DNA from: Methylophaga sp.
GTDB taxonomy: Bacteria; Pseudomonadota; Gammaproteobacteria; Nitrosococcales; Methylophagaceae
Assembly (NCBI GenBank): GCA_048259785.1
Contig: JBLXHJ010000005.1
Location: 1 to 24,000 of the forward strand
DNA length: 24,000 nucleotides
Direction: 5' to 3'
In this document: positions 14,153 through 21,995 of the stretch, in pieces
Position numbering within the stretch: position 1 is the first letter of the stretch
How the letters are laid out: the number at the start of each line of letters is the position of its first letter
Position numbers and translations under genes: made by a program
The notes under the pieces: generated by a model
What the model was told of the DNA's origin: nothing
Seen by the model: the letters and a program-made list of their open reading frames with translations, nothing else
Database searches by the model: none

Positions 14153-16868
14153 CTGCGGCCTCCAAACTGTGTTCACGGCGAGCTTTTTTAATTCTCTCAG
14201 CAACTATTTCAGCAGCATCAACACGGTCACAGCCTGTTTCTTCCATAATCTCACGGCGCTCTGCTTTTTCGTGTTGTTCAGTCATGGCTAAGGCCAATGA
14301 TATTGCTGGAGGTATAGCTCTGAATAGAGGATCAAGGTTGTCAGTAAGAATCACCCCTTCTGTATATTGTCCAGGTGACTTTCTGGCTGCTAGTAGCTTT
14401 GATTCTTGTTCTTTTGTGAGATCCTTAAACCGTGATATTTGCGTTACTTCATCGCGAGGCATTACTAGACAGATCCACCACTCCAGCATAGCCAACATTC
14501 GACGGCTATCATCCGGAAAATCTTCTAAGTTTTGAGTAGCAATCCAGAACCACGCCCCTAGCTTCCTCCACATCTTTACTATCTTGATTATGTATGGAGC
14601 TAAAGTGGCATTCTTTGTGATAATGTGTCCTTCGTCCGTGAGCATGAGTGTTGGCCTACCTTCATGCTGTTCACGTTCGACGAGAGCATGGACGTGATTC
14701 ATTAAGCTCATGTAGGCAACAGTTAATTTATCCTCATAACCTTCTCTAGCGAGTATGCCCATGTCGAAGATAGTTATGTCTACGTCGGGCCACTCAGTGC
14801 CTACTCGATTAAAAAGCTTTCCTTCAACACCGGTACAGTAAAGTTCCATTGCGTCAGCCATCTCAATAGCTCGTGCAGTTCTATTTTGGTCCAGATCTTC
14901 TGTCTGACGCATTGCAGCAACAATATCTTCTGTTAGTACTTGTGTTCGGCCATTATCTTTGGCGCTTTGTGCTGCTCTGTATATTGCTTTTCTTATAACC
15001 AACCTGTCAGCACGATGAAGCATGTCATCTTCTTTCTTCTCACCACCAGTGATCATTACGCGAGCTGCTAACTCCATCTCACCTAAATAATCACGGTCCT
15101 CCTCATCATCATCGAGGGTTGATTCATCATCATCTTTGGTTACAACTTCCTCTTCTGACAGCTCAAGAAGCTTCATAGCATTTGTAAATGGTGGGAGTGA
15201 GATGTCAGCGCTAGGTGTAACTGACATTTGATTTACAGTTAATCCATGTTTAACCATATACTCACCAAGAAGACCAAATGAGTCCCCAGCCTCAACAATG
15301 AAGATTCTTGGCCTATGAACTGCAACAATCTTCATGACTGCATCAACAAGAGACGCAGACTTACCCGCACCTGTGGGGCCTATAATTAGTGCATGTGCAT
15401 TCTTCTTGCGGTCTTGGTTGTTTAATGGATCAACTAAGAGTGGTTCGCCACCACGATTGAAATACATAAGGCCTGGATGATTTGTACCCTTAGACCGACC
15501 ATATACAGGCAGCAATGAGGCAATATGACGAGAAAAAACAAGTCTCGAACGACGCTGCTTTTTTTGTACCATTAAGCTATCAAACTTCATGGGTAGACTT
15601 CGGATGTACATGTCCTGTTTAAGTAAGTCTTCCTTTTCCGAAATTGGCTGTAGTCTGTTACTTAGTAGTAAAGAATCGATGATAGAAACAGCATCATCTA
15701 GTTTTTGAAGATTATCGGCACGAGCCAGAAAGCTGATGTAAACCGGGTATAAAGTATTGTTCTTTGCTAATTCATGTTGAGCGATTTTAGCTTCCTGTTT
15801 GGCTATTTCTGCTTCTGCATTGTCTCCCACAGCTGAACGCATAATTCGTCCAAGATGGTTAGTAACTTGATCTCTTGGCTTTATTTCAATACTCATCGAC
15901 ATTACTGTGCCTTCAGGCATCCTGTCGAACATAGCAAATGTATGCTCACCTGAAGATCGCTCAGCAGTGAAGACTCCGTTTTCAGGTACTCTTCTCAATG
16001 CTTGAACACTGATGGCCGTATGGGGCATTCCATCAAAATACCAGACACCTTTATCAGCATCTGAGCGTGGACGGGTGAGAGTCAATTGTTCAGCTAGATC
16101 ATAACCGTATGGTAAGTTTTCATCTCCAGGATAAGGTGCAGCTTTTAATAACTCCTCACAATCGCCTTTAGTGATAACAGGATTGGGGTTAAACCAGCGT
16201 AGCATCCATTCATATAGCTCCTTACCACCTCCAATCCGTATTCTGACTCCAATACCTATAAACTGGGTTATTAACCTTTTACGAATTCGACCTAATTCTC
16301 TAACATCTCTATCGTAATCGGACTTGTAGTTTTCAGGGAAATATCTATATAGACACATGCGTACTTTGCGTCTTTTTCCCTGCCATCTCCCACCGGTAAC
16401 AACCTCATCATTGAAAAGTCCGTTTGGCTGACCAACTTGTCGTAAATGCTCATCCATTACATCGAGAAAGTGCTTTGTATATGGTGTGTCTTTTGCCCTT
16501 GGGTGTGCATATTCTCGAATCTGATCTGTGAGTGTTCTTACACTTAGTTCATCTTGAACAAAGAACTGTAATGTCCATGGCGCTACATTATCTTCAGGTA
16601 TTGTTTCTGTGATAGTGGCTTGTAGTTTTTCCTGTATTTCCAGTATGTAGTCATCTGTCTTCGCTTCTACACCAACAGGCTCAACTTCAAAAAGCGCACC
16701 TATACCTTTGCCATCTTCAAGTAAGAACACCTGATTTTCACTGTCATACTCTCTCCATGGAAGTAGATTTGTGAACGAGGGTTGTTCAATATAGTCTTTA
16801 CGAACATCTTCTTTTCTTAATGGGGTGTGCGTAGTTGTTGATTTTCTCTCAAATAGACTATTAAGCAT
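14145..16868 (-). CDS. Conjugative transfer ATPase (VirB4/TraC-like, PFL_4706 family type)
   Basis: 907 aa. Walker A is IIGPTGAGKS. Walker B-like is TLMLTDEGH. There is an acidic insertion DDDESTLDDDEEDRD. The size and position are those of the Mpf ATPase. Confidence 0.9.
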   Translation of the reverse strand: MLNSLFERKSTTTHTPLRKEDVRKDYIEQPSFTNLLPWREYDSENQVFLLEDGKGIGALFEVEPVGVEAKTDDYILEIQEKLQATITETIPEDNVAPWTLQFFVQDELSVRTLTDQIREYAHPRAKDTPYTKHFLDVMDEHLRQVGQPNGLFNDEVVTGGRWQGKRRKVRMCLYRYFPENYKSDYDRDVRELGRIRKRLITQFIGIGVRIRIGGGKELYEWMLRWFNPNPVITKGDCEELLKAAPYPGDENLPYGYDLAEQLTLTRPRSDADKGVWYFDGMPHTAISVQALRRVPENGVFTAERSSGEHTFAMFDRMPEGTVMSMSIEIKPRDQVTNHLGRIMRSAVGDNAEAEIAKQEAKIAQHELAKNNTLYPVYISFLARADNLQKLDDAVSIIDSLLLSNRLQPISEKEDLLKQDMYIRSLPMKFDSLMVQKKQRRSRLVFSRHIASLLPVYGRSKGTNHPGLMYFNRGGEPLLVDPLNNQDRKKNAHALIIGPTGAGKSASLVDAVMKIVAVHRPRIFIVEAGDSFGLLGEYMVKHGLTVNQMSVTPSADISLPPFTNAMKLLELSEEEVVTKDDDESTLDDDEEDRDYLGEMELAARVMITGGEKKEDDMLHRADRLVIRKAIYRAAQSAKDNGRTQVLTEDIVAAMRQTEDLDQNRTARAIEMADAMELYCTGVEGKLFNRVGTEWPDVDITIFDMGILAREGYEDKLTVAYMSLMNHVHALVEREQHEGRPTLMLTDEGHIITKNATLAPYIIKIVKMWRKLGAWFWIATQNLEDFPDDSRRMLAMLEWWICLVMPRDEVTQISRFKDLTKEQESKLLAARKSPGQYTEGVILTDNLDPLFRAIPPAISLALAMTEQHEKAERREIMEETGCDRVDAAEIVAERIKKARREHSLEAADA

Positions 16869-17269
16869 TACAGTTCACCTGGCATTGCATATTCAGGACG
16901 TTCATAGAAAGGGAAGGCTGTTGAATATCCCGGAACTGGTAGGCGTGAGGCCGTAGATAGATGCGGGTAGACGTACATTACTAGTGTCGGGTTGGGGAGA
17001 CGAGGAAACTGTTGCTCGATTTCGCTGTTTACATCACGCGTATATCCAGCTAAGTCTACGTCTTTATTACCAGTGAGTCGGTCTCGAATCCCTGATGTAG
17101 AGGATACTTTTTTCTCGCTACCAACTAGCAGGCTACTTTCGTGATTACGATATACTTCCTTCATAGTTGGTCCAGTTTGAGGGAGTAAGTCATCTTTTGT
17201 TTGGTATGAACAAGCTGATAACAGACTAATCAAGGCGACGATTGATATCTTTACTGTTGAAACGCGCAT
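16868..17269 (-). CDS. Conjugal transfer lipoprotein (TIGR03751-like)
   Basis: 133 aa with lipobox LLSA-C (MRVSTVKISIVALISLLSAC). It lies immediately upstream of the ATPase, and its stop overlaps the ATPase ATG. Confidence 0.8.
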   Translation of the reverse strand: MRVSTVKISIVALISLLSACSYQTKDDLLPQTGPTMKEVYRNHESSLLVGSEKKVSSTSGIRDRLTGNKDVDLAGYTRDVNSEIEQQFPRLPNPTLVMYVYPHLSTASRLPVPGYSTAFPFYERPEYAMPGEL

Positions 17270-18554
17270 GTCTTAATTTCCTGCCATTAGGTTTGTAGTT
17301 AATAGGTAATTCAGCATCAATGTGGACTGCTACGTTAGAACCTGTATCTACATAGATCACATCGAATGTTTGTTGTTGTCTTTTTTGTAGCCATTCACTG
17401 ATTGCAGATGTGCCACCGGAAAGAGTCTCATAGGCAGAGTTTCTTAATGCATCGCCCGTAACTGATGAAGTTGTGTCTCCTTGAGGCGATACTATGCGTG
17501 TAGTTTCAGCGTCTGCGACCGCTTTAGCCCCTGCTTCAATACCTTTAGCAAAGATTGAACTTGCAAGAAAGGCACCTGCATTTGATATTCTTTTTCCTGA
17601 GACACAGGGAATACCACGGTTATCTGAAATCCATGCAAGTCGATTAACATTTCCTGAGCCATTGCTATTCTGGAGTTCTTGATCACCTTCGTTTAACGTC
17701 TGGATTGTTCCATCTTCAAAAACATAGGTCACCGATGTTAGATCCGCTCTGACACATGAAAGAGTCCAGTCACCAGTGGCAGTACCCGAAAAGATCATAT
17801 GGCTTACTTCTGGCAGCTCAAGACCATTTGCGGTCAGGTTTTCATTTCCAACTATGATTTTTACTGGGTAAGGGTCTTCGACACTGCCATTAATAGGTAC
17901 ACGTCCCATTAATGCTGTCATCGATGTTGATCCTATTAATGTGGAGTTTTTAGGAATTGTGTAAACAGGTTCAACTATGATCTCTTGATTCGTGCCGCCA
18001 GTGATGCTTTGGCCAACGCTATTATCTAGAGCACTAGTATCACCAAGAATGTCAGATGCTGTATCCAGTGTTGTTGATGGACTGAATGAAGTTTGAGTCA
18101 TTCCTGTTTCATCTAAAGTCGTTGATGCACCAATGGGTTCAACCCAGATATCGGTTTGCGGCTGTATGTCTGGTATTTCAATGTCCATATCAAAGCTATC
18201 TAGCTCAGGAGGATTTTCATTTTGGGTGTTTGTTAATTCATCTACACGCTCCATCAAATAATCTATTGATGTTTTTGTGTTTGTATTCTCTTTAGGACGG
18301 TTGGCGAGCTGCTCTTTTATTTGATTTTGCTCTGCTATTAACCTGTCATTTTCCTCACGCATCTCTTGCACAAGTGCTGTTAATGTTCGGAGTGTGTCAT
18401 CAGTAGTATCTCCATCAGGAACATAATTATCCCTAAGTTGCTTAACTTGCTCGGCAGCTTCTTTATCAGAATTACGAGCTACAACTGCTACCAATATCAC
18501 TACCAGTCCTAATGCGATGATAGGGATGAGTTTGTTAGTCCTTTTTTCAGCCAT
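17226..18554 (-). CDS. Bitopic ICE transfer protein with coiled coil (TIGR03752-like; VirB10/TraB-analogous position)
   Basis: The ATG at 18554 overlaps the upstream stop (TAATG) and GGGAG lies 8 nt upstream. The protein has an N-terminal TM (LIPIIALGLVVILVAVVA), a coiled-coil region (LVQEMREENDRLIAEQNQIKEQL) and a beta-rich C-terminus. Confidence 0.7.
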   Translation of the reverse strand: MAEKRTNKLIPIIALGLVVILVAVVARNSDKEAAEQVKQLRDNYVPDGDTTDDTLRTLTALVQEMREENDRLIAEQNQIKEQLANRPKENTNTKTSIDYLMERVDELTNTQNENPPELDSFDMDIEIPDIQPQTDIWVEPIGASTTLDETGMTQTSFSPSTTLDTASDILGDTSALDNSVGQSITGGTNQEIIVEPVYTIPKNSTLIGSTSMTALMGRVPINGSVEDPYPVKIIVGNENLTANGLELPEVSHMIFSGTATGDWTLSCVRADLTSVTYVFEDGTIQTLNEGDQELQNSNGSGNVNRLAWISDNRGIPCVSGKRISNAGAFLASSIFAKGIEAGAKAVADAETTRIVSPQGDTTSSVTGDALRNSAYETLSGGTSAISEWLQKRQQQTFDVIYVDTGSNVAVHIDAELPINYKPNGRKLRHARFNSKDINRRLD

Positions 18555-19324
18555 TAGAACGACTCCCAAAAAGGTCGATCAGAAATGAGATAAAGAGCCG
18601 TGGTATCTGTTATCTCACCAGCTGGCCCTAGAGAGGCGTGTTGAAATGTTGCAGCCAGCCACTTCCCTCGAATTTGGCGTGGGTCTAGAATTACTCGTTC
18701 TTTCTGTTTGTTCTCAAGCTTTACTGCTGTGATGTATAGGCCACCACTGGAAAATGAGATAACAGGGGTCATATCTATTATTAGCCCTCTGATCAGGTGA
18801 CTGTCAGAATGCTGAGCAACATTAATACGATGTATACCTTCAGGAATGCTGATAAGTCTCTCAGGTGCATATAGATGATGAGCTGCTACTCTTGTTAAGG
18901 TCTCATATCCATAATGTGTTGACTTTTTATCATCAGAATTTGAAGAAGGTATATCTTTCTCAGACTCTGGATATAAGATGGTAACCTGCTCTTCGCTACC
19001 ACGAGCTTCACTGGAAGAAAGATGTATTACTACAGTCTTTTTAGTTACAGTGTCTTGTGCCAGAATTCGTTTATCCGTAAATTCTTCTTTGCTTTCCCAG
19101 TAAATAACACCATTGTTTGATAATGTACTTAGCGAATTAGCTATTGCAGCAGGTACTTTCACTCTCACGCTATTTGATGGGAAGACGATCATTCTCTCTT
19201 GATTAGGCTTCAATACTACCTTGATTGGCGTCTTGTCCCAGACCACCTTCTCATCAGCTACTGATTTTGTCGGCAACCAAGCAAGAGTAAAAAGAGCTAC
19301 TATTATCGTTATATATAGCTTCAT
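18554..19324 (-). CDS. Exported ICE transfer protein (TIGR03749-like; TraK/VirB9-analogous position)
   Basis: I prefer the ATG at 19324, which overlaps the upstream stop (ATGA). That start exposes the signal peptide MKLYITIIVALFTLAWLPTKSVA. The track start at 19390 would overlap the upstream gene by 70 nt. Confidence 0.7.
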   Translation of the reverse strand: MKLYITIIVALFTLAWLPTKSVADEKVVWDKTPIKVVLKPNQERMIVFPSNSVRVKVPAAIANSLSTLSNNGVIYWESKEEFTDKRILAQDTVTKKTVVIHLSSSEARGSEEQVTILYPESEKDIPSSNSDDKKSTHYGYETLTRVAAHHLYAPERLISIPEGIHRINVAQHSDSHLIRGLIIDMTPVISFSSGGLYITAVKLENKQKERVILDPRQIRGKWLAATFQHASLGPAGEITDTTALYLISDRPFWESF

Positions 19325-19956
19325 TGTTGTTTTACCGTTGAAGTAATTCGTGTTGGATTTTCTTGAAAGCCATCTAACATTAGTCCCCAAGGGTTAAACT
19401 CTGGACTTACGTTACTGCGGACGACTCTAATTGGATATCTAATATCTACTGATTTGATGGGGACACCACGATGGGTCTCAGTAATCCTGAGATCGAGCCA
19501 TACTATGAAGTTGTTTTCATTAAGTATGTCTACTCTATGGTCGTCATAAGCCATTTCGTTAATTAGAGTGACAGTTCTTGTACGCCTATCTAGTTCACCA
19601 CGATTACTACGACGAATAATGTCTTCCTTTAGCCATTGCTGATAGCTTGGTGTAAGGTACGCAGCAAGTTCTCCTACTCTCGCAGGGTAGTCTTTGGCTC
19701 CGTCTTCTAGCCATGTATTAAGATATTGAAAGATACTGACAGCAAAGCTATATGCTGTTGTGACAGGAATCTCATTGAGCGTAACTGTCGCGCCCGCTCG
19801 AAGGTCTGGTGGAATGAATAACCTTTGAACTTCACGAGCTTTATTTGCCGACACCCAGAACAAAATACAAAATAGAATTAATATCCCAACTACTATTCTC
19901 AGAGTAATGATATGAGATTTAAGGTTGTCATTATCTCCTCTATATTTACTCCCCAT
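19321..19956 (-). CDS. Bitopic ICE transfer protein (TIGR03746-like; TraE/VirB8-analogous position)
   Basis: One N-terminal TM (IITLRIVVGILILFCILFWV). The track start at 19968 is a TTG abutting GGGGAG with no spacer, so I prefer the ATG at 19956. The exact start is uncertain. Confidence 0.65.
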   Translation of the reverse strand: MGSKYRGDNDNLKSHIITLRIVVGILILFCILFWVSANKAREVQRLFIPPDLRAGATVTLNEIPVTTAYSFAVSIFQYLNTWLEDGAKDYPARVGELAAYLTPSYQQWLKEDIIRRSNRGELDRRTRTVTLINEMAYDDHRVDILNENNFIVWLDLRITETHRGVPIKSVDIRYPIRVVRSNVSPEFNPWGLMLDGFQENPTRITSTVKQQ

Positions 19957-20317
19957 CAGTACGTCCAACTCCCCATGTTCCTGAGTAATGAATTACGCGA
20001 TCATTATTTGTATTAGTTTTTACTCTAAGAAAAATATCTCGTAGCATTAAATAATGTTGATAGTAGTAGTCAGGCCTTCCTCGCTTTATTTTCTGAAATA
20101 AAGATCCACTAACAAGGACTGTCAGCAAAAGCATAATCATTGCTGCTCCCATCCCCATTAGCATTTTCCCCATTAAGGCAGCCATGAACAGACAAACTGG
20201 AATCCAGAAAAGAGCTCCAACTTTTAATACCATTCCTAATTCTGAATTAGACAGTCCTCGGAATATTGGAGGCTCGTTATTGAGCCTATCAGCCAAGATA
20301 TCTTCTGAATCACTCAT
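19946..20317 (-). CDS. Small membrane transfer protein (TIGR03750-like; TraL/VirB3-analogous position)
   Basis: 123 aa with two adjacent TM helices (LKVGALFWIPVCLFMAALMG and GAAMIMLLLTVLVSGSLF). The ATG overlaps the upstream stop (ATGA). Confidence 0.65.
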   Translation of the reverse strand: MSDSEDILADRLNNEPPIFRGLSNSELGMVLKVGALFWIPVCLFMAALMGKMLMGMGAAMIMLLLTVLVSGSLFQKIKRGRPDYYYQHYLMLRDIFLRVKTNTNNDRVIHYSGTWGVGRTDGE

Positions 20318-20652
20318 TTGAAGACATCTGAAGCTTGATAAAGTAAATACGAAACAAATGCGAAAACACCTGCACCTGCTATAACTGTGACGCCTACTTC
20401 ACCCCATTCTTTTCTACCCGAGCGAGCCTGATTAATATCAGCTAACGCAATCCAGGAAAGCCATAAAAAGCCAGCAACAGAGATAGTTAGAGCTGTTAGA
20501 TATACACCGTCTTTTATGTATCCTTTGAGCAATTCTAGCCAGTTATTATTCGCTGCTCCGTTTGTTGGTGGAACTGCGGTTGGCAATGCTGCATATGCTT
20601 GCTGGCATATTGAGAGATAAAAAGCTGATGCAGAGATAAGTATTTTCTTCAT
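20314..20652 (-). CDS. Pilin-like membrane protein (TIGR03745-like)
   Basis: 112 aa. A signal peptide MKKILISASAFYLSICQQAYA is followed by two hydrophobic helices. This is the VirB2/TrbC-type topology. Confidence 0.65.
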   Translation of the reverse strand: MKKILISASAFYLSICQQAYAALPTAVPPTNGAANNNWLELLKGYIKDGVYLTALTISVAGFLWLSWIALADINQARSGRKEWGEVGVTVIAGAGVFAFVSYLLYQASDVFK

Positions 20653-20661
20653 TTTTAACCC

Positions 20662-20907
20662 TTATTTTGAAACTAAATTTAAAACCAAACAAAGCAAAAT
20701 AATGGAGCGTGTGGCACTCCACATAACATCGAACAAAGTGACGTCATTTTTATTTGATGCCCATTGCTTGTAATAAGACAGTGTTACCCAGGCGCTCCAT
20801 AACAAGATTGCACCAGCTACTAGGGATGCAAGGACTAACATGATGTTATCCATGGATACACCAGTAGCACTCAGGAAGCTTTGTGTTTGTTTAGAATTAA
20901 CGGACAT
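20662..20907 (-). CDS. Small two-TM ICE protein (TIGR03758-like)
   Basis: 81 aa with two TM helices (IMLVLASLVAGAILLWSAWV and SIILLCLVLNLV). Position follows the RAQPRD gene. Confidence 0.6.
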   Translation of the reverse strand: MSVNSKQTQSFLSATGVSMDNIMLVLASLVAGAILLWSAWVTLSYYKQWASNKNDVTLFDVMWSATRSIILLCLVLNLVSK

Positions 20908-20910
20908 GGT

Positions 20911-21210
20911 TTAGCGTCGGTAGTCGCCAGATAGTGGGGCGTAGTTTCTCGGTTCGATAGCTGGTCCATCGAGATGTTCTTGAATGCCCAGCTTCATCAT
21001 CATTAAATCTTTGCGAAGTAGGTTGTATTGGAAGCGAATACGGCTATCGGGATTTGCTCGGCCCTGCGCTTCGTCAACAAGTGAGCTAAGGCCATCAATT
21101 TCATGAATAAGCTTGGCTAGACTTTCACGTTCAGCAAAGTTGCTGGCGCTAGCTACCGCTGATAATGAAATCGTGAAAATAAGTAAAAGGGGCTTGAGCA
21201 TTATGTTCAT
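20911..21210 (-). CDS. RAQPRD-family ICE protein (exported)
   Basis: 99 aa with a signal peptide (..LKPLLLIFTISLSAVASA). The motif EAQGRANPDSRIRFQYNLLRKDL aligns with the family's RAQPRD..Y.FDY signature. The start may be the ATG at 21201 instead. Confidence 0.75.
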   Translation of the reverse strand: MNIMLKPLLLIFTISLSAVASASNFAERESLAKLIHEIDGLSSLVDEAQGRANPDSRIRFQYNLLRKDLMMMKLGIQEHLDGPAIEPRNYAPLSGDYRR

Positions 21211-21270
21211 TTCTCACTACATTAACTTTGTGTGAGTGAAGTCTGCCCAAGCCCCTCAATAGAGACAATC

Positions 21271-21299
21271 AATAACCGGATATTGGTCTGAGCCGGTTA
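21271..21299. repeat. Hairpin repeat copy B: AATAACCGGATATTGGTC-tga-GCCGGTTA
   Basis: 26/29 nt identical to 7908-7936. The arms ATAACCGG/CCGGTTAT can pair. It starts 1 nt after the stop of the 231-aa gene and lies 60 nt upstream of the RAQPRD gene start. Confidence 0.7.
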
Positions 21300-21995
21300 T
21301 CAGATATATTTCTTGAATAGGTATGTAACCATGAAAATACCAATGCCGAATAACAAGGCAAAAGGTAGGATTACAGCGTTTGGATGAATAGAAACTGGAA
21401 AAGCAAGATAGACAACCCAAGGTGCGATGAAGGTGATGGGAATCCAGCGTTTTGCGTGATGGTATAAACCAGCATGTTCTCTTCCGACAGACCATTTTCT
21501 GATATCGCGTTGAACCAGACCTTCCGTAGCTGCAACAATGCCAAAGATTAGAAATGCGGGTAATGCTAATGTCAGAACTGCTAGTCTTATTGCAAATACT
21601 TGAGTTACGTAAACAGCAGCTAATACATGTTCGGCAAACAGACGTATTATGCTTTCAGCTTTGTTGTCTCGAAAAATCTTAGAAAGGATATCCATAACAC
21701 CTGTCTTCTCATACATATACTTATGCATTGTTGATGCTATATTTTCAGCATATTGAACGGGCCGCTGTACAATTAAACTTTTCTGGAAGTCTTTGTTTAA
21801 ATAACCCAGCTCTGTTTTAACCATCCCCCTGCTGTGCTCAATACCTTCATCTTTCCATTTAGTGTTCATTCCAATCCATTCTGTGATGATAGACATGAGT
21901 AAAGCGAGTAGAAGCCACACCGCTATGGTTGTAATTCGTGATAACCATCTACCTATCAGACTTTTTTGTGCTTGAGGGGTATTATCCTGTGCCAT
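21300..21995 (-). CDS. Polytopic ICE membrane protein (TIGR03747-like)
   Basis: 231 aa with about 4 TM segments. The ATG overlaps the TraD-like stop. Its position directly after the coupling protein matches PFGI-1-class ICEs. Confidence 0.7.
   Translation of the reverse strand: MAQDNTPQAQKSLIGRWLSRITTIAVWLLLALLMSIITEWIGMNTKWKDEGIEHSRGMVKTELGYLNKDFQKSLIVQRPVQYAENIASTMHKYMYEKTGVMDILSKIFRDNKAESIIRLFAEHVLAAVYVTQVFAIRLAVLTLALPAFLIFGIVAATEGLVQRDIRKWSVGREHAGLYHHAKRWIPITFIAPWVVYLAFPVSIHPNAVILPFALLFGIGIFMVTYLFKKYI

Noticed and set aside
21271-21299. Reading hairpin copy B simply as the intrinsic terminator of the 231-aa gene
   Set aside because: The stem is only 8 bp and AT-containing, with a 13-nt loop. 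It is followed by UUGAUUG rather than a U-run. The identical core recurs upstream of an unrelated gene at 7908. A plain terminator does not explain the 18-nt sequence identity.
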